Shown here one piece after another: positions 43,152 to 56,230 of a stretch of DNA of 64,000 bases. A model generated the notes under the pieces. That model saw only the letters and a program-made list of their open reading frames with translations, was not told the origin of the DNA and made no database searches. Source of the stretch: Octopus vulgaris (taxonomy: Eukaryota); contig OX597834.1 of the NCBI GenBank assembly GCA_951406725.2, forward strand, positions 29,264,001-29,328,000, in the 5' to 3' direction. A program made the translations under genes and the position numbers. Position 1 is the first letter of the stretch. Each line of letters begins with the position of its first letter.

Positions 43152-45289
43152 TTAGCAAAAATTTAGATTCAAATGATTCTATAATATTGCCACTTGATAT
43201 GAAAATTTTTGTATTTATGGAAAACCTCTATAATTGGCTGATGAGTACTCAGCATTTTAAAATTGTTGTAATACTTACAACATTTAATAAAATGATGTAG
43301 TACGAAACGATCGTACCAAATTACTGGAGTCATTCTTGTTGCTTATTTTGAGTATATATATATATTTATATATGTATGTATACACACACAGACACATATA
43401 TCTTGATGTGTATGTGCTTGTGTGCATACGTGTGTGTGTGTGGAGGGTAGACATCGGCCAGACATAACATAATCTCTTTAGCCAGCTACTTTGTGCCTCA
43501 GACCAGACTGGTGCCATACACTATTTTACTTAGATATGACCATTAGATTTTATGATACTACAAGATTGTAGTCATCATCATCAAGCATCATCATCATCAT
43601 CATCATCATCAATATCATATACCTTACACCATTTCTCCTGATATTATGAGTTTTCATTGTGTACATCACTGCTATGTTTATCTTTGTTGTAAACAACATT
43701 ATTGCAAATCCCATCAAAACCACCACCACCACCACCATCATTAATACCATTATTAGCATCAGCAGAAACCATCTCCACCTTCACCACAGAAAATAAGACA
43801 CCACCATTAACATCATGGATACCACCATTGAAGCCTCTACATGATCATGCAATCTGCTGGAAATAACAGCTAAATTTTCCTCACATCACACTTTGTAATG
43901 GTCATGGCTTGTAAAGTCTGATTGACTTGGTTGTTTACTAAACAATAATAGCAACAGTGACAATAATACTAAAACCACCATTTAACTGATGTATTCCAGC
44001 TGTGACCATCCCATCTTATCAAATACATTCTAATTTTTCCTTCTTTTAATGTTTATGCATGGTTTGTGCAACATTTAGCTGTTATTTCTAGTTTGACAAG
44101 TGGTCACATTGCGGCCCCCTTGTTATCTCATACTGTGATGGACTTCATGTTGAAGATTGTGATGATAAGGGTTATTGTGAGTCAGCCCTCAACAAGCTCA
44201 CATTTAAGACACTCCTGCTGCAAATATCCCATCTTTTTTCAAACATAGTCTATCAAGAAGTATAAAATCCAATATATACTTCATTTTTTTTTTTGCAAGA
44301 AAATAGTGTGATTAGAGGGAGCATCTTTGGTTATTTATAGCATTTCACAATCACTAGGCCATCATATGGTCCAGTCTTTGCATTGTGGTGGCTTTTGTGA
44401 CCTCAATGACCCTGAGAACTAGGCCAGTGGAACACAAGCTCCTGATAGGCCCTCGTTCCATACTGGACAGGTCAAAGACATAAAACTTTCAGGAAAAAAA
44501 AATCATTATCCTGGAATGTAATTTTGTTGATTTTAGTTTATTCAAAGTCTTTCTTTTCACCTAATTAGGAATTGTAGAAACACCTACTTATCTTCCTTTA
44601 TGTACTTTGGTAATTATTTGTTTGAAGTAATTACAGTGGTTTTAAAACAAAGAACTTTTCAGAAAAAATGAAGTTTAACATCAATAACGGATGGTTCAGC
44701 AAAATCCAGTTGCATCGAACTCCATCTGTTTTGGACTATTTTCTATGGCTGGATTCACTTCCTAATATCAGCCACTTTACAAAGTGTACCAAATGCTACT
44801 TTCAGGGTACTGGCTCTAGTGAGGTTACCAAGTAACTTGCAAGGCAAGATCCCTCAACTGAGGTGGAGGGCAGTATTGAGCAAAATGGCTTTATACCAGG
44901 TTGAAAAGCTAAAAAATGATAGAGGGACAGGAACAAGTAGTGTCTTGCAGTAGGGGAAATGCATCAAGACTTGACTTGCTAGAAATAACAACTTAATTTC
45001 TGTTGTCTAGAAAATGGGAAGTCCTCAATATGAAATACTTGAGTAAAGTACTGGATGATCATGGTTGTAACATCTTTCATCATAGGCTTGCTCAATCAAG
45101 GCTAACCCAGGGCTAAACAAACATCAACCTCATCTTTAATCTTCTTGCCTCAGTCTGCTTAGCTGACAAATAAGTCTCACTCCCCCTGCTGTTGCCAATT
45201 ATACTGATATATAGGAACATTGTCTAATAATACTTCTCATTCAAGAAAAGAATTCAGTTATTTAAAGAAATAATTAAAAAAGACTTTAT

Positions 45290-45700
45290 TTTGAATGCCT
45301 GTGGGTCCAGCCAGATTCCTGCCCCTACCACCTTGGTGGATGTCACAATAGACTGAAAGTCTTGTTCCTCTGGGCACCAACACACAAGAGCTTCAATGTC
45401 AAGCGGCTGATTTGGTAGATACCCACAAGATTATCCACCATCGTTCCAACAACAACTTTGGCTACCTTTTTCAATTCAACATTTCTACCATTCATGGATC
45501 CACTTATAAAACCAAAAAGAAAGCAGTGCAACACCCATGGTTTTTGAAACCATTTTTTTCTCTTTTTGCACTCAGAATCATTGAACCATGGAACAAACTT
45601 CCCACACCTAGACACAGTATTCTTTGCAAATTCCATGTTTCTTGAAATTCTCCAACCCCATTCCAGGCATGACATATCAATGCACCCTTTTCTTTCTTCT
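45290..45700 (+). mobile_element. CR1-group LINE 3' fragment
   Basis: DLVDTHKIIH...F.F...IHG..YK...FF...RIIEPWNKLP is the typical degenerate CR1 ORF2 tail. Confidence 0.65.
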
Positions 45701-46618
45701 TTACAGCTTTTTTACTCTTTACTTTACATTTAGCTTTCATGGCTGTCTTTCTTTACTTGACTCATTACTGCTTTCGGTCCCTTTTATTTTACCCTTTCTC
45801 AACAAGTTGTTGTACACCTGAGCATAGTAAGCAATAAGCTCGTGATTGGCCTTCTTCGTAAAGTACATTATTTTGAAACATAATACTAATTTCAAAGTAC
45901 AAGACCACAATTTGTGGATGAGGAATGGCCATTTAAACTAATTCCTGTATGAAACTGAAAAGATTAGAAACAAAATTCTACCTTGGATCAAAAATGTAAA
46001 CAAACATGAGTAACAAAACAACACAAGGTATTCTGTTGGTCCCACTACCAATTCAGTTAATCCGTTGTCATATCAAAACAGAGCATATATAATTAATAGT
46101 CATGAATCATCATCATCATCATCATCGTTTAACGTCCGCTTTCCATGCTAGCATGGGTTGGACGGTTCAACTGGGGTCTGGGAAGCCCGAAGGCTGCACC
46201 AGGCCAGTCAGATGTGGCAGTGTTTCTACAGCTGGATGCCCTTCCTAACGCCAACCACTCCGAGAGTGTAGAGACCACTCCGAGAGTGTAGAAGATAAAT
46301 TGTGTTAAACAAGCAAGTATATCTGTATGTATGTATTAATCAAAGCAGATGCAGTGACCAAAAAATAGGCTGTAAATATATGGTTAAAAACACCTTTTGG
46401 ACGCATTCACACACACACATGCACACACACACACACACACACGCATGCATATATGAATTTATTTTTATGTCGATTACTAAAAAAAAATTTAACATTAAAT
46501 TGAAGGATTACTCAAAACTTTTTTTGTGGAGTAAATAATATCTATAATCACTTTCTTTTTGCAAAACTATAACATATATATATATATATACATACATATA
46601 TACACATACATACATACA

Positions 46619-46650
<32 letters not shown>

Positions 46651-46675
46651 TGTAGCCATTTCTTTTGTCATTTAC

Positions 46676-48337
46676 CTGTTGTGATTGGCTTTCTCAGATA
46701 ATTGAATGACTGAGGCAGGAGTTGAACCCGTGATTGGGCTCGATGTGGGTAGGCTAGCTAACATGACTCCGGAGGATAAAGTCACTTTTTCGTTTGAGTT
46801 TATGTCAGCTATAACAGTCTTATGTTGGTTCGTTGGGTCAGGTCGGTGCTCCAGCGGGGCAGTACTGACCATATTCTGTTTGAGGACATGAGCTGATTTC
46901 TCACACGATGTCCACGGCAGCACTGATGAGTTACTCGTTATGACGTTTGTCCTCTTGTACAGGTTTGTTGTATTGCTACTGTGTTGTTGTTGTTGTTGTT
47001 GCTGTGTTTGTTGTGGCTGTGGTTGTTGTTGTTGTTGTTGTTGTTGCTGATGATGCTGGTGATGTTGCTGATGGTGTGGTTGTTGTACTTGTTGTTGTTG
47101 TTGTTGTTGCTGTTGATGGTGGTGGTTTTGTTGTTGTTGATGTTGTGTATGATGATGGTGCTGATGGTGTTGTTGTGATGATTGTTGTTGTTGTTGTTGT
47201 TGATCTGAGCTGTCCGAATGTGTATTACTGAGGTGAGCCGGGTGTCCAATGTTTTTTATGACCGTGTTATGGGGCAAAATGTTATGACTGTCTATTGTAC
47301 TCGCAGAGTTTTTGACTTTCGTTTCTATCAACGATGTCTTTGGTACTGAAGCTTGTTGTTGCTGCTGTTGTTGTTGTTGTTGTTGTTGCTGTTGCTGATG
47401 TTGATGCTGTTGTTGTTGTTGTTGTTGCTGCTGTTGTTGCTGCTGTTGTTGTTGATGCTGTTGTTGTTGTTGCTGGTGTTGCTGCTGCTGCTGGTGTTGT
47501 TGCTGCTGCTGTTGACTGCTTTCATTAAGGGGCGTTTTATATATGGAAGCAGTCGGCAAACAGGTGGGAGACGACACTGCTCCCCCTGCCGTACAAGAGT
47601 CAGCACAACCGAGCAAAGGAGCATTGTTGAAAACAGCTGTCGAACGGTACTCCATCGAGTCAAAATTACCATTGATTCGCGGTGGGATTCTTTCAGTAGA
47701 ATACTCGTAACCATATTTACGATGATAGTCGTTATCAAAGCGGGAAAAATCTTCACCGAAATGGACCTTCTTGCTAAGGTCTATGCTATAGCTATCGAAA
47801 CCATATTTGGGAATATCGTAGCTATACTTCGTCTGAGCCACTAAGTCAGCATAGCTGTTACTGTGGTATGACAATGGATGCTGGTACTGTCTGTGATCGA
47901 AATAATAACCATTTGAGTAACAGTGTTTTTCAGCAAACGGATCTGTCGCTGAGTAGACGGAGCTTGTGAGGGGAGTGTAACCATGGGAACGGTAGATGTC
48001 AGAATCCAAAGCAAAGTTGTTGCCCGGATACGAGTAAAAAAGGTCGGGCTTCAATTCGGCACCGTCACATGCGCCATAACCATTCAAGCTAGAAAATGAT
48101 GCATAGCCGTTGAGGGCAGGGAAAGCATCTCTGTATGTGGTGGCTTTCCTTTTGCGACTTGCCTGAAGATAGTCCCGTACTTGAGATTTCTGCTTCTTAC
48201 TCTTACTTGATTTCGTTTTTGTTAGGAAATCGTCTTCGGGAAAACCAGGTCCTGAACAAATATCCAAGTCCAGCAGCGGATACGGCAACTTAAATTCGTT
48301 CCCACGTTTGCCGAATAAATCTTGCCCTTCATCATCT
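46676..48337 (-). CDS. AHR: AhR large C-terminal exon (basic patch, Tyr/Ser-rich region, two polyQ/His tracts; putative transactivation region)
   Basis: tttttcag| acceptor at 48337 gives (T)DDEGQDLFGKRGNEFKLPYP, continuous with the 538-aa ORF 46672-48288. Ends at AG|gtaaat, where read-through gives AGG TAA (stop 46672-46674). Confidence 0.92.
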
Positions 48338-48964
48338 CTGAAAAATATAAAATAAAAGTATAAAAATGGAATACAGGAATATAAAAAAAAACAGAAACAT
48401 TTTCAGTTGAATTAGAATTTTCTGAGTGGGTGGTGGTAGTGGTGATGGTAGATGTAGTAGTTGGAGGTTTCATGAAAACAGCACACAAGTACTTATATAG
48501 GCACTTACACAGAATCAATGTAATATAATATACGTGTGTATGAGAATTGATAGAATACCAATAGATAAAAATGGAGATGAGTACCAACTCTTCTATGTGA
48601 CATGCTTGAACAATTGTGATGATCTCCAAACAGGAAACCATTGGTTGCTGTGTTAACCCATAAATAAAGTGTGTGTGTATATATATATATATGAGTAATC
48701 CAATATGTGGATTCAGAGAATCAGGTGGCTATCACACAAAGCTCCTCTTATGGACTTGGATGACAATCTACTTTTTATCCTTTTAATTGTTTCATTCATT
48801 TGACTGTGGCCATGCTGGGGCACTGCCTTTAGTCAAACAAATCAACCCCAGGATTTATTCTTTGTAAGCCTAGTACTTATTCTATCAGTCTCTTTTGCTG
48901 AATCACTAAGTTATGGCGACATAAACACACCAGCATCAGTTGTCAAGTGATGTTGGGGGGACAA

Positions 48965-49032
<68 letters not shown>

Positions 49033-49431
49033 TTACGATGGGCTTTTTTCAGTTTCTGTCTACCAAATCCACTTACAAGGCTTGGTTGGCCCGTGGCTAG
49101 AGTAGACACTTGCCCAAGGTGCCACACAGTGGGACTGAACCTGAAACCATGTAGTTAGTAAGCAAGCTACTTACCACTCAATCAATTACAGGTACTCAAT
49201 CAATGACAAAGAATTATATTGTAGTTGAATTGTTGGTGTAACCATGAAGTTCCAGTGATCTGATGAGCTTTCTTTATTCGTTTTAGTTTGTTGATATACA
49301 ATTGTATTACATAATGTTGAGCATATATATTAATGAAAAATGTTGTGAAACAGCCATAATCCTCTCTAATGGAATATCTAAATATATATATATATATATA
49401 TATTCCCCTCTCATACTTCCGAACTTTATTG

Positions 49432-49474
<43 letters not shown>

Positions 49475-49658
49475 GGAGTAAACACATAATGGTGAAATAA
49501 GGTGGAAAAAAGAGTACTCAAATACCAGTGGTAGAGTAATATGCTTTATTTAAATGCAGCAGAAAATTCAAATTTGCTAGCAAAAACTGTCCAACGAACG
49601 GGAACGTGAAACTCAGAGTAACAGGTTTTGTTGAATTTTCTGCTGCTTTTAAATAAAG

Positions 49659-49688
<30 letters not shown>

Positions 49689-49690
<2 letters not shown>

Positions 49691-50555
49691 AAGTCTGATC
49701 AATAATTATCTGAAATGATGCCATAGTAACAAAGCTAAAGCTTGCAGATTGAAGACACTCGGCACAGATTGACTTGGAACTCTGTTGTGCATGCACACTA
49801 AGTTTTAACATTCTAGCTCACCTCTGCTGTTTACAGTACTTGGAAGGAAGGTGTGTAGTGTGTGATTGTCTCATTGACCATGACAGAGAAAGTTGTCATG
49901 GTAATACCTGCTCAGAGGCCTATACAAAGTTGCAGAAATTGTATGGAGAGGAGTGTATGCACCACAAACAAATGCATGAGTGGTTCAAGCATTTCCAAGA
50001 TGACTGAAAAAATTGACGAATGTTCTGGGAGACCCACAACCAGCAGAACTAAGAGAAGCATCATATATGTGCATGCAGCTGTGAGGGGAAATCATCAAAT
50101 CACTATCTGTGAGTTATCAAAGGAGGTGCAGATTAGTTAGGGTTTAGTTCAGTCCATTATCACTGAAGATTTGGATATGAGACACATGTCTGCCAAGTTT
50201 GTGCCAAGACTGCTTTCAGCTGACCAAAAAGACACTCGGGTTTCAGTGGCACAGGATCTCCTTGATTGTGTCGAGAACTATGAAAACTTTTTGAAAACTT
50301 TGTGTCGACCTTTGAGCAGGTATTGTCAAGCTTTTGGCAAAATTTGATGCAGATTCTCTGCTCAACTTTCTCTGTCATGGTCAATGTGTCCATCACACAC
50401 AACACACCTTCCTTCCAAGCCCTGCTGAAAACAGCAGAAGTGAGCTAGAACATTAAAACTGAGTGTGCATGCACAGCAGAGTTCCAGCAGCTTTATTCTT
50501 CATGCTTTAGCTTTGTTACTATAGCCACAGTCCGGATACTTAATGATCGACCTAG
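49689..50555. mobile_element. Non-autonomous mariner derivative made of two inverted 5' ends
   Basis: TA-flanked termini (taaagtctgatcaataattatc / gatacttaatgatcgacctag). Transposase N-terminal remnants SGRPTTS, ITICELS and MSAKFVPRLL on +, and EQRICIKFCQKL on -. Confidence 0.85.
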
Positions 50556-50626
50556 TATATATATACACACACATATACAGGTAAATGATACATGAATCGC
50601 AATGAAAGAAAAAAGCAGTTACTTAC

Positions 50627-50768
50627 GTGAGTTGTCTATGTGTACAAATGACAAAATCAGGTTTGCTGTTCTTGTATACCACTTTACAGCTTGACTGAAG
50701 CCAAAGCCATCTCAAATCCTTCATGATCCAACGATAAGCTATCAATCCCGAGCTCCCAGTTTTAATCA
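50627..50768 (-). CDS. AHR: AhR coding exon (PAS-B C-terminal half)
   Basis: attttcag| ... |gtaagt. 142 nt (2+138+2) encode (L)IKTGSSGLIAYRWIMKDLRWLWLQSSCKVVYKNSKPDFVICTHRQL(T). Missed by the ORF track. Confidence 0.95.
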
Positions 50769-51127
50769 CTGAAAATGGAGGAAAAAATCATATAAACCAT
50801 ACAGATACATAATAACCACCCACACATATATATACATACACTCACACACCTGTATATATATAAACATACACATTTAATATATAGATGCATACACATACAT
50901 ACACGCACACACATATAAATGAGAATGATCGATTGATTTCAAATGTTTGTGTGTGTGTGTGCATATGTGTGCATGCACGTGTGCGTGTGTAGTTAATATT
51001 AAAGTATTGGGTATATATATGTATGTATATTATATATATATGCGCATACATATATATATGTACACACATATATATATACATATATATACACATATATATA
51101 TATACATATTCATATATATATATACAC

Positions 51128-51160
<33 letters not shown>

Positions 51161-52129
51161 CACATATATATATATATATACATATATACACACACATATA
51201 TATATACATGTATATATATATATGTATATATATATATCATCATCATCATCATCATCGTTTAACGTCCGTTCTCCATGCTAGCATGGGTTGGACGGTTCGA
51301 CCAGGGTTCTGGGAAGCCAGAAGGCTGCACCAGGCTCCAGTCTAATCTGGCAATGTTTCTACAGCTGGATGCCCTTCCTAACGCCAACCACTCCGTGAGT
51401 GTAGTGGGTGCTTTTTACGTGCCACCTGTATATATATATATACACACACACACATATATATATATAAATCATCGTTTAACATCCGTTTGTTATGTATTGG
51501 GTATATATAAACTCATGAAATTTTGGGCGAGAAGAGATAATTGACTAAACCTTTTTACTCGAAATATTTAACCCTCTGCCTGTTAAACAAACAAGCATCA
51601 GGTACCAATATTTTGTCAAAATTCTTGTACATCCTTCACATCGCCATGGTAACAACACCGAGGGTTTATTTTTGTTTGTTTTCTTTGTTTTTATTTTGTT
51701 TATTCTCTTTTAATTTTCTGATCGCCATCTTTTATGTTAATTTGCTCCTGAAGGCAATGAGTTGTGCAGAATTGATAGCCTGCTGGGCTGAGTTCAAATT
51801 CCCCTAAGGTTGACTTTGTCTTTCATCCTTTCAAGGTCAATAAAATAAGATACCAGTTATGTACTGGAGTCAATGTAATCAACTAATTCTGTCCTCAAAA
51901 TTTCAGATCTTGTGTCTTTAGTAGAAAGAATATCAATTTGAACCTGTATCCTCTCTGACCCCTGGCTACAAAAACAGCAGCAGAAGTAGCAGCTGTCATT
52001 TAAGAAATTCTTTTTCTCATGTGATTTCTGTATCTCCTTCAGAGGGTGTTTTATTTGAGGGTGTGTGTTCTTTGTGTGGGAGAGAGAGAGAGAGAGTGTG
52101 TGTGTGTGTGTGTGTGTTTGCATAAGATA

Positions 52130-52362
52130 TGTTTCTTTATTACCCACAAGGGGCTAAACACAGAGGGGACAAACAAGGACAGACAAACGGATTAAGTCGA
52201 TTACATCGACCTCAGTGCGTAACTGGTACTTAATTTATTGACCCCGAAAGGATGAAAGGCAAAGTCGCCCTCGGCGGGATTTGAACTCAGAACGTAACAG
52301 CAGATGAAATACGGCTACGCATTTCTCCCGGCATGCTAACGTTTCTGCCAGCTCACCACCTT
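52130..52362 (-). mobile_element. SINE family C with Meta-domain-like core
   Basis: Core gcctttcatcctttcggggtcgataaattaagtaccag resembles the MetaSINE central domain. Copies at 7763-8290 (three tandem partial units, +), 18866-19097(-), 40180-40392(-), 51770-51935(+) and 58630-58850(-). Confidence 0.8.
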
Positions 52363-52860
52363 ATAAAAGTAAACCACTGATGCATGGTTTACTCTGAATG
52401 CGTGTATGGGTGGGTGTTGGGTATAATGCGGGTAGTGATGGAAGGGAATCATCTCCATTTTCTTTACAGGGAATGGTGTAACCAGGATAACACTATCCAA
52501 TGTGTCCTTTGTTTTTCAAGATGGCAGAGTAATTTGGGGGAGATTTGTCTACTATCTCTAGCAATGCAAGCAGCCACATTGAGGCCAAATCTGATTGTGG
52601 AAGTGATGGTGGTGGTAACAGTAGTGGTGGTGGTGGTAGACGTTATGGTGGTTGTGGTAGTAGTGGTGGTGGTGGTGGTGGTGATAGTGCTGTAGTCATA
52701 GTTACAGTGGTGGTGTTAAGTGGCCACAATTGAAACTGAGGAGAAAGAGAAGGACATGGAAAGCAGAAAGATGGGGAGGCGAGAAATCATTTATTCAATG
52801 GTTGACTTTAAAAAGATGGTTATAGGGATGGGGAAGGGAGAAGTATGGGTAGAGGACAGT

Positions 52861-53294
52861 GGTGTTGGTGGTGATGGTGTTGGTGGTGGTGGTGGTGGTG
52901 GTGGTGGTGGTGGTGGTGATGGTGGTGGTGGTGGTGGTGGTGGTGATGGTGGTGGTGGTGGTGGTGGTGGTGATGGTGGTGGTGGTGGTGACGGTGGTGG
53001 TGGTGGTGGTGGTGGTGGTGGTGGTGGTGGTGGTGGTGGTGATGGTGGTGGTGGTGGTGGTGGTGATGGTGGTGGTGGTGGTGGTGGTGGTGGTGGTGGT
53101 GGTGGTGGTGGTGGTGGTGTTGGTGGTGATGGTGGTGGTGGTGGTGGTGATGGTGGTGGTGGTGGTGGTGGTGGTGATGATGGTGGTGGTGGTGGTGGTG
53201 ATGGTGGTGGTGTTGGTGGTGGTGGTGGTGGTGGTGGTGGTGTTGGTGGTGGTGGTGGTGGTGGTGATGGTGGTGGTGGTGATGATGGTGGTGG
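52861..53294 (+). repeat. Long interrupted (GGT)n array
   Basis: About 430 bp of GGT with GAT/GTT interruptions. Generates spurious poly-G/V/P/T ORFs. Confidence 0.95.
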
Positions 53295-53836
53295 AAGATG
53301 TTTTAAAAATTCTGCACAGTGTGGCAGACAAGTGAATGGTAAATGGATGGAAAGAGAGAGACGGGGGGGGGGGGGGGGTACTGCAGAGAACACAATAACA
53401 ATAACAGCAACAAGAACAATGGTAAAAATCCTCTGGAACAGACAGAGAAACGGAATAACCAAACAATATATAAATATAGAAACATGCATCGGGAGCAAAT
53501 AATAATTAAGTTAAAAGTCGGAATTAATTCCAAAAGAAGCCGGATACGTTTTTAATTGTTCCATGTGAAGTTGACAACGAACGAAAGAGGTCGGTAATTA
53601 AAGCACCGCAGGTAGATGCATGTCTTTGAATGCAGACTGACACCGCAGTGCAGCCTTGCAGCATCAGCTTGATGCAAACGGCGAAGAGAAAAACCTTGAT
53701 TTTTAATTAAAGAATATCAACGCTATATATATATATATATAGTTACACACACACACACACACACACGTATATATGTATACACTCACAAACACACATATTG
53801 TATGTGTGTGTACAGAAATACACATATGTGTATGTC

Positions 53837-53883
<47 letters not shown>

Positions 53884-53942
53884 GTATATATATATGTATG
53901 TATGTATATATGTATATATATGTATATATATATGTATGTATG

Positions 53943-53977
<35 letters not shown>

Positions 53978-54072
53978 GTATATATATATATGTATGTATA
54001 TATATATATATATGTATATATGTATATATATGTATGTATATATATATGTATGTGTATATATGTATGTGTATG

Positions 54073-54109
<37 letters not shown>

Positions 54110-54110
54110 G

Positions 54111-54161
<51 letters not shown>

Positions 54162-54727
54162 GTATATATATATGTATATATATGTATATATATATATATA
54201 CATATATATATGTGCTTGTGTTATATGTATATATAAATTACATATATATGTACATATGCACGTACACACGCACACACATTTGTAGATGAGTGTATCTGGT
54301 GCGTGTATACAATGTGTGTGCCTGTATGCATAGCTTTCTGTGAATATAGCACATCCACTAATTGCTTGTAAATGATGCATCACATTCAAGTGATGTGTAC
54401 AGATGTGCAGATGCATATGGTAACAATGTGCATACACTCTGTCCTTTCTGCAAGCCTCACACATTCCACACTGGCAATTTCAGCCGCAGTTGATGATGTT
54501 TTTATTTACATCGTTTTCGTATAAATTCTGTGGACTCTAAAGAAAGAGGGAAAAATATAAAGAGATATGCATAATATGCATGTGTCTATGTATGTGCAAG
54601 AACTATGAGTAGACTTGTCTCTATGCACATATGACAGTACATATGTACGTATATATATATCAATCATCCTCTTAACTTCTACTTTTGCATGCTTGCATGC
54701 GTTTCATGGATATATCTGTCAAAATAC

Positions 54728-54763
<36 letters not shown>

Positions 54764-55018
54764 GTGTGTGTGTCTGTATATATACATATATATATGTGTA
54801 TATATACATATATATATGTGTGTATATATACATATATATACGTGTGTATATATACATATATATATATATATATACGTGTGTATATATACATATATATATA
54901 TGTGTGTATATATACATATATATATATATGTGTGTATATATACATATATATATATACGTGTGTATATATATATATATACGTGTGTGTATATATATATATA
55001 TATATATAGTTGTGGTTG

Positions 55019-55730
55019 AGAGCTCGAAATAGGGAGTAATTAACAGTCGACAACTGAGGAGGGGTTAGACTTCTTTTGGTATTTTGTCCCATGCTTGTCT
55101 CTCGTTATGTGTTTATGTATTTTTCACTCGTTGGTGATGCCCTGTTCTTATTGTATTTTATATTTATTATATATAAAATTATAATTAAGGGTATCTAAAA
55201 GATACCACCATGCTAGAGATAGCAGTGAAAACTTGACTCTAAAACCACATCAAGTATTCATACAGCATCAAGGAGAAAAGACAAAGAGACAAATAAATTA
55301 GTAGAAAGTTTTTGGATAATCCCAGATCTAGATTTCTGGCTTTGCATAAGAATATTCTCTGCCTCTTCAGCGGGATATACACACATAGTACATAAATACA
55401 AATATATATATACAACATACAAATACTTACATACACACACATATATGTATGTATGCATATGGCCAGTTTAATTGCCCGTGCATAAGTACATATGTGTGTA
55501 TATGTAAGTATTTGTATGTTATATATATATATATATATATATTTTCACTGCTATCTCCAGCATGGTGGTATCTTTTAGATACCCTTAATTATAATTATAT
55601 ATATATATATATATAAAATATATCAAGCACAGGGCATCACCAACGAGTGAAAAATACGTAAACACATAAAATACCAAAAGAAGTCTAACCTCTCCTCAGT
55701 TGTTGACTGTTAATTACTCACTATTTTGAG

Positions 55731-55734
<4 letters not shown>
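55019..55734. repeat. Nested inverted repeats in AhR intron
   Basis: Outer arms ~55019-55231 and ~55542-55734; inner hairpin ~55410-55522. Confidence 0.9.
55319..55376 (-). ncRNA. Type-I hammerhead ribozyme in AhR intron, sense orientation
   Basis: Minus strand: atcccg-CTGAAGA-ggc...gcc-a-GAAA-tctaga-TC-tgggat. 6-bp stem I, palindromic stem III, one extra A before GAAA. Confidence 0.7.
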
Positions 55735-55806
<72 letters not shown>

Positions 55807-56123
55807 CATTCTAATTTGCATTGCAAATTGTGCTTAATTGAGAGGTTTCTCATTTTATTCCAAGACACACTGCGTAGATGAAAGAACTGAACTGTTGCGA
55901 TCTTGCTGACATGTATCTAAATATTTGCTTTGTAAGTATAGGCATCCTAATGGGCAATCTTTAGGCACCTTTTCAGAACAAGTGGATTGTTATAATGTTG
56001 CTTTTGGTTCAATCCTCACCCCCTCCTTGTATTTTGGAAACTTATGACTTTTATATTTTTTTCATCATTTTCATTGCATCAAGTAACAATGGCTATAAAA
56101 AAAAAAATAACACAAGCACTTAC

Positions 56124-56230
56124 ATTCTTGATGTGCAGCTGCAAAGTATGAGAGGTCATCAGGATGCACCAGGTCATATCCTGACTTGGTCACCAGTTCC
56201 CTATCTGAATAACCAAACATCATTTTCCCT
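56124..56230 (-). CDS. AHR: AhR coding exon (PAS-B)
   Basis: ttttccag| ... |gtaagt. 107 nt (1+105+1) encode GKMMFGYSDRELVTKSGYDLVHPDDLSYFAAAHQE. Phases agree with both neighbours. Confidence 0.95.

Noticed and set aside
52720-53502. 260-aa Gly-rich and 235-aa Pro-rich (extensin-like) ORFs
   Set aside because: Translation of a (GGT)n microsatellite inside an intron; open in several frames with no splice or domain support.
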